Source of the DNA: a virus
Taxonomy: Duplodnaviria > Caudoviricetes
Reading direction: 5' to 3' (one strand)
Length of the DNA: 52,390 bases
IMG/VR virus record: IMGVR_UViG_3300033143_006241
Span: 1 to 52,390 of that record
The position numbers and the translations under genes are program-made. Shown here one piece after another: positions 28,615 through 37,353 of this stretch. The notes beneath the pieces were generated by a model, which was not told the DNA's origin, did no database searches, and saw only the letters and a program-made list of their open reading frames with translations. Each line of letters opens with the position of its first letter. Within the stretch, counting starts at the first letter, position 1.

Positions 28615-29540
28615 TCTACCCCATTCTCATACATCTTTATTGTCCTTGCTATCCCCTCATCTAAATCTATTCTAGGTTTCCATCCCAATTTTTTTATTTT
28701 AGATACATCTAATAATTTTTTTGGGGTACCGTTTGGTTTTGATGTATCCCATATAATTTTACCTTTAAAATTATAATTTTTCGCAATCTTTTCAGCCAAA
28801 CCCTTTATTGTCAAGTCCTTACCTGTTCCTATATTTAACGGTATATCACCATTATAATTTAACATAAGAAATAATAATGCATTAGCTAAGTCATTTACAT
28901 GTAAAAATTCTCTATAAGATGTTCCATCTCCCCACAATACGACATCTGTTTTATTTTGTTTAGCCTCTGAAAACTTTCTGATCATTGCTGCAAATACGTG
29001 TGATTTTTCTAAATCATAATTATCTTTTTTTGAACCATATAAATTAGTGGGCATAACAGATATAAAATTACAACCATATTGATCTCTATAACTTTCAATC
29101 ATTTTTAATCCAGATATTTTAGCAATAGCATATGGTTCATTTGTTTTTTCTAATTCACCTGTTAATAAATATTCTTCTTTAATAGGTTGCGGACACAATT
29201 TTGGATAAATACATGAAGAACCAAGAAAAAGTAATTTTTTAACGTCAAACTCTTTAGAAAAATGTATAGTATTATTCTGAATCATCATATTTTTGTATAA
29301 AAAATCGGCCCTACGTGTATTATTATCATGTATTCCACCCACTAAAGCAGCACACATAAAAACATATTCCGGTCTTTCTTTATAAAAAAATATTTTTGTT
29401 TCTTTTTGATTAATTAAATCTAATTCACTACTTATACGTGTAATTATATTATTGTATCCCTTTTTTTCTAAAAGTTCCAAAACATGTGAACCTACCAAAC
29501 CTCTATGTCCTGCTATATATATTTTTGATTTTTTATTCAT
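28611..29540 (-). CDS. fcl: GDP-L-fucose synthase
   Basis: AGHRGLVGS, AALVGGI, LGSSCIYP, YAIAK, MPTNLYG, WGDG...REFLHV, GTP.KLLD. Confidence 0.95.
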   Translation of the reverse strand: MNKKSKIYIAGHRGLVGSHVLELLEKKGYNNIITRISSELDLINQKETKIFFYKERPEYVFMCAALVGGIHDNNTRRADFLYKNMMIQNNTIHFSKEFDVKKLLFLGSSCIYPKLCPQPIKEEYLLTGELEKTNEPYAIAKISGLKMIESYRDQYGCNFISVMPTNLYGSKKDNYDLEKSHVFAAMIRKFSEAKQNKTDVVLWGDGTSYREFLHVNDLANALLFLMLNYNGDIPLNIGTGKDLTIKGLAEKIAKNYNFKGKIIWDTSKPNGTPKKLLDVSKIKKLGWKPRIDLDEGIARTIKMYENGVE

Positions 29541-29551
29541 AATTTTAGTTT

Positions 29552-30298
29552 TTATATTTCTTCTATTTCATTATAAACGGGTCTATTTCTAATAATTTCT
29601 GTAACTTCCAACTGTTCTTTTATATTTATTTTCATATCATTTATAGGATTTAAATCGTTATAAACATATAATACTTCATCTATAAATTTGTGGTGCTTAT
29701 TTCCACACATTTCTAACAACGGATACATATAAGCCACATCGTTCGCAACCTTATAATATTCACCACTCTCATCTCTCAAATCTATATCATTAATTTTATA
29801 CCATAGCTTATTTTTAAACGTTCTCAAATGACTAGCATACCAATTTCCACTTTTTCTATACTTTTTTGTATCCAAAATAGGCTGACAACATTTACTATAA
29901 GATTTGCTAAGTAGAACAAACTGACCATAAGTCATATATATGTTTTCATCTTGATAAACATTATTCAAACAGGATAATACCCTGTTATTATATAAAAAAT
30001 CATCACCATCCACGGTAACTATAATATCTTCTTTGTTGTGAGAAAATAATTTCATACTTTTAATTATATTTGCTAATGGTGAACCTATACGATAATGATT
30101 TTTATGCATGGTAAAAACATTTTTGTAGCTACTATAAATATTATTTATAATATTATATGTATTATCCGTAGAACAATCATCAACCACTACTAAATCGTAA
30201 TTTTTATAACTTTGATTTAATATAGATTTTAAACATTTTTCAATATATTTTTCAGCATTATACACAGGAACCACTACTATAAATTTATTATCTATCAT
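29552..30298 (-). CDS. GT2 family glycosyltransferase
   Basis: VVPVYNAEKYI..C..S...Q, VDDCSTD, DGDD; ATG 30298 (MIDNKF) preferred over GTG 30343. Confidence 0.88.
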   Translation of the reverse strand: MIDNKFIVVVPVYNAEKYIEKCLKSILNQSYKNYDLVVVDDCSTDNTYNIINNIYSSYKNVFTMHKNHYRIGSPLANIIKSMKLFSHNKEDIIVTVDGDDFLYNNRVLSCLNNVYQDENIYMTYGQFVLLSKSYSKCCQPILDTKKYRKSGNWYASHLRTFKNKLWYKINDIDLRDESGEYYKVANDVAYMYPLLEMCGNKHHKFIDEVLYVYNDLNPINDMKINIKEQLEVTEIIRNRPVYNEIEEI

Positions 30299-30311
30299 AA
30301 TAACACCTTGC

Positions 30312-30578
30312 TTAATCATATTTTTGAAAAATTGGGTAACCACCTTACCAATGATACCCTATGGATATACTATCAAAACTGTTTATGCCTAGTTGGCTAC
30401 TAAAAGCATATCCAATATCTTCACTATCATATTGATATACTAAACTATTAGGTATAATAAAAGTAACAATACCATTCCCCAATCAGGATTCATTCTCCTA
30501 AAAGAATAAAGAATCATATATCCCCACCCACGACATAGCACTGCCACCCCAATAAAAATACATACGTTTTGGTATCAT
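30312..30578 (-). pseudogene. internally deleted and frameshifted GT32-like gene, a paralog of 31693..32532
   Basis: MIPKRMYFYWGGSAMSW, frameshift, YMILYSFRRMNPDW, then after ~100 nt SIGYHW* and YPIFQKYD. These match both ends of the intact paralog (IPKILHMYW..SPMS...NPDW; VHWY...SKQY). Confidence 0.65.
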
Positions 30579-30633
30579 CTTATATTTTTCCTGTCAGTAT
30601 ATTCACTACTATATCTGACACATTTTTAACTAA

Positions 30634-31650
30634 TTAATCCGAAGGAACTGCCCACTTACTATTTTTTTTAATTATTATATTAAATGCTTCAATAATATTA
30701 GCATATTTCGTGCCAGATAACATATTTGAACCGCATTCGATTGTTTCTTGCCTTTCTGTGGTTTCTCTAATAGTAATGATAGGCACATTAAAAATACAAC
30801 ATTCTTCTTGACAAGTACCTGAATCCGATATCACACACTTAGAGGTTTTTTCTAATTTAACAAAATCAAAAAAACCAAAAGGCTCAGAAAGTATTACATT
30901 TTTATCCATCACTATGCCAAATTTATCAAATTTGTTTTTAGTCCTAGGATGCAAAGAAAATATAATTTTAAATTGTTTAGATATCTTGTTTATAGCTTTT
31001 GTTATATTAGATAATGGTTCATACATATCTACATTTTCAGTTCTATGCGCAGTTACTAAAACAAAGTTATCTTCTTTTACATTTAACTTGTTTAGTATGT
31101 TACTATTGTTTATACTAGATTCATAATAATCTAAAATTTCGTGTATAGGGTTTCCTATTTTAAAAATATAATTTTTATGAAAACCTTCAACCAATAAATT
31201 TTGTTTACTATTTTCTGTATAGGGTAAATTATATTCTGACACGTTATCTATAATTTTTCTATTTGTTTCTTCTGGCAATCTATCATCGTAGCATCTATTA
31301 CCGGCTTCCATATGATATACAGGTATTTTATATTTCTCAGCAACTATAGATAGTAACCCAGAGTTAGTATCTCCCAAAATTAATACTTTATCAGGTTTTT
31401 CCTTTAAGATTATTTTTTCAAATTTTAGTATAGCTGTACTAAAAAATTCACCAAAAGAATATCCGGTATTATCAAAATAATAGTCTGGTTCTCTTATAGA
31501 TAATTCATCAAAAAATTTACCACTCAAATTATAGTCATAGTTCTGATTAGTATAAACAAAAACATGATCCATTAATTTATCAAGTTTTTTAATTATAATA
31601 GACAACCTAATAAGTTCAGGTCTAGTACCAGTAATAGTAAGTATTTTCAT
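30634..31650 (-). CDS. wecB: non-hydrolysing UDP-N-acetylhexosamine 2-epimerase (WecB/FnlC type) with an apparent premature stop
   Basis: GTRPELIRLS, LGDTNS, HMEAGNRC.D..LPEE.NR, HR.ENVD, SDSG..QEE, TER.E; the frame stays open past TAA to 30580. Confidence 0.9.
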   Translation of the reverse strand: MKILTITGTRPELIRLSIIIKKLDKLMDHVFVYTNQNYDYNLSGKFFDELSIREPDYYFDNTGYSFGEFFSTAILKFEKIILKEKPDKVLILGDTNSGLLSIVAEKYKIPVYHMEAGNRCYDDRLPEETNRKIIDNVSEYNLPYTENSKQNLLVEGFHKNYIFKIGNPIHEILDYYESSINNSNILNKLNVKEDNFVLVTAHRTENVDMYEPLSNITKAINKISKQFKIIFSLHPRTKNKFDKFGIVMDKNVILSEPFGFFDFVKLEKTSKCVISDSGTCQEECCIFNVPIITIRETTERQETIECGSNMLSGTKYANIIEAFNIIIKKNSKWAVPSD

Positions 31651-31692
31651 TATTTTTTAACTATCTCTTCTACCAGTGTTTTAATACGTTTA

Positions 31693-32532
31693 TTAAATAC
31701 ATCCCTCATTTTTAAGAATAGTAGTCATACTACAGTTTCTACTAAAACCATCACCATTAATATATTGCTTACTAAGCTCTTTTCCATTATACCAATGAAC
31801 ACAGATAACATTATTATTATTAATGCAACTCAAATCATTATCCAAATATAATTTATTAAAAGTAGGGGCTGGTGGATGAATAATATATGGATAATAAGTT
31901 TCAAATCTAGTCCCAATAACAGTTTTGAATCTGTCTGTTAAAGAGCCTAATGTAGGATACCCACTATGAAGCATAGTACCACCAAAAACTTCATGGCTAT
32001 AAGGCGATTTAACTTTTTTAGTTAAATCAATTAAGTCTTTAGCATACAGATCATGCTTAGTATGAACCATAATACCAATACTATGTCCTCCGTAAGTACC
32101 TCTAATAAATGAAGCAATAGCAGTTACTTCATCGATAGGTGTATCTCCATAATACTCTACATTACGAAAGTGATCCATAGGTTTTAGCCATATAACATCA
32201 AAATCTGACCACACACCACCGTGATCATACAATAAGTGGTATCTTAGTATATCTGATCTTAGAATGTCGTGTAGAGCTACGTCTATATTATAGTCATTCA
32301 GATCAATCTCTATTATATTTACATAACTTGATTGTTCTACTAAATAAAAATAATTTTTACCTATATAATTAGGTATATACATACTAGGTCCAGTATAAGG
32401 TTGTTTTGGAACATAAATGTTAATCACCCAATCGGGATTATATTTATGAAATGTGGTTATAGTAAATGTCTGTAACTGTGACATTGGGCTTTTATCCCAA
32501 TACATATGTAATATCTTTGGTATTTTGTCCAT
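31693..32532 (-). CDS. GT32 (DxD) glycosyltransferase
   Basis: IPKILH.YW, SDILR...LY..GGVWSDFD. Confidence 0.85.
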   Translation of the reverse strand: MDKIPKILHMYWDKSPMSQLQTFTITTFHKYNPDWVINIYVPKQPYTGPSMYIPNYIGKNYFYLVEQSSYVNIIEIDLNDYNIDVALHDILRSDILRYHLLYDHGGVWSDFDVIWLKPMDHFRNVEYYGDTPIDEVTAIASFIRGTYGGHSIGIMVHTKHDLYAKDLIDLTKKVKSPYSHEVFGGTMLHSGYPTLGSLTDRFKTVIGTRFETYYPYIIHPPAPTFNKLYLDNDLSCINNNNVICVHWYNGKELSKQYINGDGFSRNCSMTTILKNEGCI

Positions 32533-33101
32533 TACAGTGCTAACTCCTTCACTATCCCATCAAGGTCATATGTTCTTTGTTCTTCTACACACTCATAAAA
32601 ACCTTTTTCATCTATTTCATTTAGCTTAGCTTTTAGATATTTTTCTACCCGCGCAAACAATTTTTGCGAACTGTCTACCATGTGTTTAGCCCTGTTATTC
32701 TTAGCAAAATCCACTCTTTTTATAGTCTCTATCGATAATCTATCTATCATTTCCCCGATACTATAAACAATGTCATCGCTTATTAAAGTAGCAGGCTCTA
32801 TTACATCTTTAATAAACTTAATTTTGGAAATAAATTTATTTATTTTTGCTTTTGAAGAAACTCTATATTCCCCTACACTTCGAGCTACCCACTCCATCTC
32901 TGAAACCAATTTATGATCCTCTGGGTTTTCTTTGCGAGCTTGAATCACCAGCATATTAGCTTTATAACATCTAAAATTAGCATCAGAAAGTATTTCTACA
33001 AACTCCATAATACTATCAACCTCATCATCAGAAAAGTGTTTAGAAAAAATATTATAAATATGTTTATAAAAATCTGTAAAATCCATATCTTTTAATATCA
33101 T
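32532..33101 (-). CDS. helical hypothetical protein, DUF4254-like
   Basis: R...K..IN and SIGEMIDRLSI..IK. Confidence 0.5.
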   Translation of the reverse strand: MILKDMDFTDFYKHIYNIFSKHFSDDEVDSIMEFVEILSDANFRCYKANMLVIQARKENPEDHKLVSEMEWVARSVGEYRVSSKAKINKFISKIKFIKDVIEPATLISDDIVYSIGEMIDRLSIETIKRVDFAKNNRAKHMVDSSQKLFARVEKYLKAKLNEIDEKGFYECVEEQRTYDLDGIVKELAL

Positions 33102-33132
33102 GTTTAGCTCCTAATTACTTATAAAAATTTAT

Positions 33133-33759
33133 TTAAATAAACTTACATGTATATAAGTCATGTACTAACAAACTTTTAATTTTGTGTTTTTTACAACAAT
33201 TATAAAATAAGTTTTCAAGTAAAAGTCTACCATATAAAGATAACCAATTAGCTTCAGTCTTTATACTTGAAACTATACTTATACTAGGACCACAACTAAT
33301 CCACACATCAATTAGTTTTTTATTACCAATAAACACACAAGTATCATATTGTACTCCTGTCTGATGATTTCCACCTATATGATCATATTTATCCACAACA
33401 TCAATATATTGTTCCGCAGTATTCAAAAGAATAACTCTACTGCTTGACTTTATAAAATAATCATATTCCCCCTTTTTTTCAGATAAAATATAATTTAAAC
33501 CTGTTTCAACTTTTACTTTTTCACCAACATATTTATGTGGAACGTTTTCAGAATATAACACTTTATCAAAATAGTCAATATATTTGGAATCTTGTATTGT
33601 ATCATCAATACTATAAATTGTATAAAATTTTAAATTGGAATTATTTTTCTTACACAATTCTACATTTGCTATAACATCGATGCATGCTCCTCTAGAATTA
33701 ATAATCGTACTTTTATCTTTACAAGAAGTATGCCCAGTAACTATTAAAGGAATAATCAT
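33133..33759 (-). CDS. hypothetical protein
   Basis: 208-aa ORF tiled in the cluster. Confidence 0.6.
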   Translation of the reverse strand: MIIPLIVTGHTSCKDKSTIINSRGACIDVIANVELCKKNNSNLKFYTIYSIDDTIQDSKYIDYFDKVLYSENVPHKYVGEKVKVETGLNYILSEKKGEYDYFIKSSSRVILLNTAEQYIDVVDKYDHIGGNHQTGVQYDTCVFIGNKKLIDVWISCGPSISIVSSIKTEANWLSLYGRLLLENLFYNCCKKHKIKSLLVHDLYTCKFI

Positions 33760-33775
33760 TTCTAATTCATAGTCC

Positions 33776-34528
33776 TTATTGATGAATATGCCTTGTTTCT
33801 ATATTCTCTCTTAATATAAATTCTTTTATTCTCAATTGTGTATCATTCCATACCAAATTAGGATAAGTTTTATCAAAAAAATCAACAGTACAACAAGTAC
33901 CATTTACTCTGCCAACATGTTTCGTTCTAGACAACGCTGGTAATATACTTTTGCATGAATACTCCTTAAAAAAAGCTTCAACTGCCCAATCCCAACCATA
34001 AGCATTTGCATATTTACGAGCAAGCACATCATTATACCAACATTTACTATAACATATTTCCCAATTTTCCTTAAATACACACCACCCTAATCCATGAAAT
34101 GTAGGTGCAGTTACTAACCCACTAAAATCATCACCAGCACTACCCCAATTAAAAAGCCCGTAACACATATAAAATAATGGATTATCTTTAAAAGTCTCGT
34201 AATACCAGTTTGCCAAATCAATAGTGTCAGGTGCTAATAAAAAATCATCTTCCAAATGTACATTAAAATCTGATCCAAGGTTAAACGCATAGCTAAGTAC
34301 ATTGTACATATTATCACGAGCACCAGAATGAGAACGTACCCCAGAAGAATTAGATTTATGTAAAATTATTAAGGGTATAGAACACGTTTCAAGTATATGT
34401 ATACATTCAGTACAATTCTCAGCACTACAAATTATTTTATAATCAGATAAATCCTGGCTTTCTAAAGAATCAAGAAATTGTTTTAAATAATTTGGTCTAT
34501 AACCTACAGGAAAAGTAATAGTTTTCAT
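33776..34528 (-). CDS. GT-A fold glycosyltransferase
   Basis: RPNYLKQ.L.SL, HLEDD, GWDW, P..SR..H.G..G. Confidence 0.75.
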   Translation of the reverse strand: MKTITFPVGYRPNYLKQFLDSLESQDLSDYKIICSAENCTECIHILETCSIPLIILHKSNSSGVRSHSGARDNMYNVLSYAFNLGSDFNVHLEDDFLLAPDTIDLANWYYETFKDNPLFYMCYGLFNWGSAGDDFSGLVTAPTFHGLGWCVFKENWEICYSKCWYNDVLARKYANAYGWDWAVEAFFKEYSCKSILPALSRTKHVGRVNGTCCTVDFFDKTYPNLVWNDTQLRIKEFILRENIETRHIHQ

Positions 34529-34652
34529 TTTATTATACCATTTATTCTATCTGTTATTTTTTTCAAATCTTCATCAAAAATATTTATCAAACATTTCTTT
34601 TGACATACCTTTTTTCTTGATATAATCAAGAGCTATAGACGAAGATTTAATT

Positions 34653-34994
34653 TTAAGTGTTGCCTTCACGTGCTTTATACCAACATACACCAGTTATTAA
34701 TCCACTGTTTTCAATCATAAAACTCAACCTTTCATCACACAAACAATCAGTTATGGTAGCAATTATAGACAAAGTACTAATACCTATATTGTCGTAATTG
34801 AGAATAAGATCTCCATTATTATCGCGTGCAAAATGAGAAGTTATACCTAATTTTTGCATATCTTTTTCTGCACCAAATAATTTATCTCTATCTAATGTCA
34901 GATAAAACCTGTTGATATCGTCATAATAAATTGGTTCTGACAACTCAATCATTTTATTAATTGTATCTAATACTTCTTGTTTTCTTTTTTCCAT
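34653..34994 (-). CDS. hypothetical protein
   Basis: 113-aa ORF with a GGGG RBS. Confidence 0.6.
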   Translation of the reverse strand: MEKRKQEVLDTINKMIELSEPIYYDDINRFYLTLDRDKLFGAEKDMQKLGITSHFARDNNGDLILNYDNIGISTLSIIATITDCLCDERLSFMIENSGLITGVCWYKAREGNT

Positions 34995-35004
34995 TTTACA
35001 CCCC

Positions 35005-35820
35005 TTAATGATAATTTTTAATTATTAAATGTTGATTCCCGCTATCCCCGCTTATCCTACCAGAATGAATTTTAAACATATATTTTTTGAAATAAGAATC
35101 TACAATATACTCCCTGTAAAGTTCTCTTATTAGTTCGCTGTCGCCTATAATCATAAGACATTTATTTTTAGTGGTTTTAAATAAATCAGCCAATCTTTCT
35201 TGATGTTCTCTACCAAACTGACAGTAACCATAATTCTTAAATACAGTGTCATATGGAGGATCTAAAAAAACAAAATTATTTTCATCATTATATTCATTAA
35301 AAATATCCTCAAAAGAAGCCAATCTTATCTCAGTTTGCTTTAATAATTCAACATAACCGGGATTTTTTATTAATTCGAAGTTTGCACCCTTATAACGACC
35401 CCATGGTATATTAAATTTACCGCTCTTATTATAACGTAACATACCCCTAAAAGCTGTTTTACGTAAGTAGTAAAACCTAACAGCCTCGTCCACTAATGTT
35501 TCAATACACATCTCATCTCTTACAAAATAATAAGTAGGCTCGTCTACTTTTAACTTAGAAACCTTTTCATATATTTCAAGAACCTTATCTTCTTTAATTT
35601 GTTGATAAAAATTTATTAACTCTTTATGTACATCAGCAACAATATTTTTCTTAAAATTTAAATCAAAAAAAACGGAGCCGCCACCAATAAAAGGTTCTAT
35701 ATATGTACTAAAACTAGCAGGATAATGGTGACAAAAGCGATCTATTTCTCTACTTTTGCCACCACTCCATTTAATTAATGGTTTTAACTTTAAATTAACT
35801 TGCATATTGTGTTCTAACAA
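35005..35820 (-). CDS. Dam-like (D12) N6-adenine DNA methyltransferase
   Basis: KWSGGK, YIEPFIGGGS, R.N..G.FN.P.G, FLDPPY. Confidence 0.93.
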   Translation of the reverse strand: MLEHNMQVNLKLKPLIKWSGGKSREIDRFCHHYPASFSTYIEPFIGGGSVFFDLNFKKNIVADVHKELINFYQQIKEDKVLEIYEKVSKLKVDEPTYYFVRDEMCIETLVDEAVRFYYLRKTAFRGMLRYNKSGKFNIPWGRYKGANFELIKNPGYVELLKQTEIRLASFEDIFNEYNDENNFVFLDPPYDTVFKNYGYCQFGREHQERLADLFKTTKNKCLMIIGDSELIRELYREYIVDSYFKKYMFKIHSGRISGDSGNQHLIIKNYH

Positions 35821-36598
35821 TTGTATTATCTTCTTCTAATATACTAGTATACGAATCTATCAATTCTTTACCTAAAGTTTCATGAAAAGATTCCCATTCA
35901 TCTTTAGTTACATCCAAACCAAAGAGTTTGAAAAAATCAATATACCCAAAAATATACTGCTGTTTAATTGACTTAAAATCGGGGTTTAAACGTATTATGT
36001 CATCCGCATGGGGATATCTTAAAGATACTAAACTAACATGTCCTTTTCCTTCATAAAACTTTTTTAAAGTAATGCTAAGAAGATCTAATTTTTCTACAAT
36101 CTTAGCTGTTTTTTCAGTGTCTAAATTAAAATTATACTTAAGCTCACTAATAAAACAAACATTATTTTGACGTACTGCAACATCCAATTGAATATTTCTA
36201 TCTAAAAACTTTTTTATTAGTGGACCAACCTCATTAGAAATATCTTCACATTTAGATGTAATATATTTTCTAACACCAGCCTCTACAGCACTACCAAATC
36301 TAATAAGTATAGTTTGTTTTGGAAAATCAGAAAGTTCAGGAAACAATAACTCATTTAAAGAACCTTGTTCTTTCTTAGATTTACTAATTATTTTTTTCAT
36401 TTTCTTTTCAGATTTTATTTTATTATGTACTTCGTCTATAATACATTGTTTTAGACCTTCAAACGACTGTCTTGTGCTGCTTGTATGAACAGCTTCAATC
36501 ATAGCGTTATCTGAAGACTGTTCAGTTATTAACCTATACCCACCAACCATTCTAGAACTTAGACCTTTCAACCTTACAAACTCATTTACAAAACCCAT
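35795..36598 (-). CDS. putative type II restriction endonuclease (PD-(D/E)XK)
   Basis: I.FG...E, QLD, SELKYNFNLDTEK; overlaps the methyltransferase gene. Confidence 0.55.
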   Translation of the reverse strand: MGFVNEFVRLKGLSSRMVGGYRLITEQSSDNAMIEAVHTSSTRQSFEGLKQCIIDEVHNKIKSEKKMKKIISKSKKEQGSLNELLFPELSDFPKQTILIRFGSAVEAGVRKYITSKCEDISNEVGPLIKKFLDRNIQLDVAVRQNNVCFISELKYNFNLDTEKTAKIVEKLDLLSITLKKFYEGKGHVSLVSLRYPHADDIIRLNPDFKSIKQQYIFGYIDFFKLFGLDVTKDEWESFHETLGKELIDSYTSILEEDNTIVRTQYAS

Positions 36599-36643
36599 AA
36601 CAAAAATCTCCTTTTATTTCTTATTTTTTATGACTATATTATA

Positions 36644-36660
36644 TGCAGTTTTTGTGCCAA
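36644..36660 (-). promoter_or_regulatory. sigma-54-type promoter upstream of the putative R-M pair
   Basis: TTGGCACAAAAACTGCA. Confidence 0.75.
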
Positions 36661-36693
36661 ATTTTGAAAATTATTCACCCTATGCCTTAAATG

Positions 36694-37110
36694 TTAAAAT
36701 TTATTTAATATAATGTTTTTCAGAACACCACCGTCTACACTACCTTGTGGGAATGATTTCATTGTTATTCCAACAGCCTCAAATTTATTTTTAAGCCTAC
36801 TAAAATCAATATTGTTTTTAATCCAAATTACTAAAGTGTCTTCAGGAACTTGTGTTGGCAAAAATTCCCTTACTATGTCTAAAAATTCTGAAGTTACCCC
36901 AGCCATTTCATCTAATCCTATAACTAAAACCTCATTTTCCAATTTTTCTAATCGCCTTAATATTCTTACAGATTCCATCTCAGAAATATTTTTAGTTTTA
37001 CCTCTTTGAAATTCTCCTAAAATGATTCTCAAATTACCTAAACGAATAGTATCTTTGTTTTTTATTGCTTCCTTAATACATTCTCTTATTTTTATTTCTA
37101 TATTATTCAT
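36694..37110 (-). CDS. GatB/YqeY domain protein
   Basis: KEAIKNKD..RL..LR.ILGE, FLP.Q, G..MK......DG. Confidence 0.8.
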   Translation of the reverse strand: MNNIEIKIRECIKEAIKNKDTIRLGNLRIILGEFQRGKTKNISEMESVRILRRLEKLENEVLVIGLDEMAGVTSEFLDIVREFLPTQVPEDTLVIWIKNNIDFSRLKNKFEAVGITMKSFPQGSVDGGVLKNIILNKF

Positions 37111-37113
37111 ATA

Positions 37114-37353
37114 CTAATTTCCTTTTAATTCATAAGGGGTAGTTACACCAATACCCCAATAATCTAAAAAATATCTTTTTAATTCATCTATTGTTTTATA
37201 ATCTTTTAAAAGTTTCTCTACAATATGTTTAATTTCTTTACGCTTATCACAAACAACATCTAATAATGCAAGTGTTTCATTGGTAGCGTCTGCTACTTTA
37301 AGCTCGTTTTTAAGATGGTATCTATCAAAAACCCCTATTATATATCTTTTCAT
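37114..37353 (-). CDS. hypothetical protein
   Basis: 79-aa ORF tiled between its neighbours. Confidence 0.55.
   Translation of the reverse strand: MKRYIIGVFDRYHLKNELKVADATNETLALLDVVCDKRKEIKHIVEKLLKDYKTIDELKRYFLDYWGIGVTTPYELKGN

Noticed and set aside
30580-30636. Stop-codon reassignment as the explanation for in-frame stops
   Set aside because: Long conserved genes translate intact in code 11 and TAA, TAG and TGA all serve as real stops; the other in-frame stops occur in remnants that also carry frameshifts
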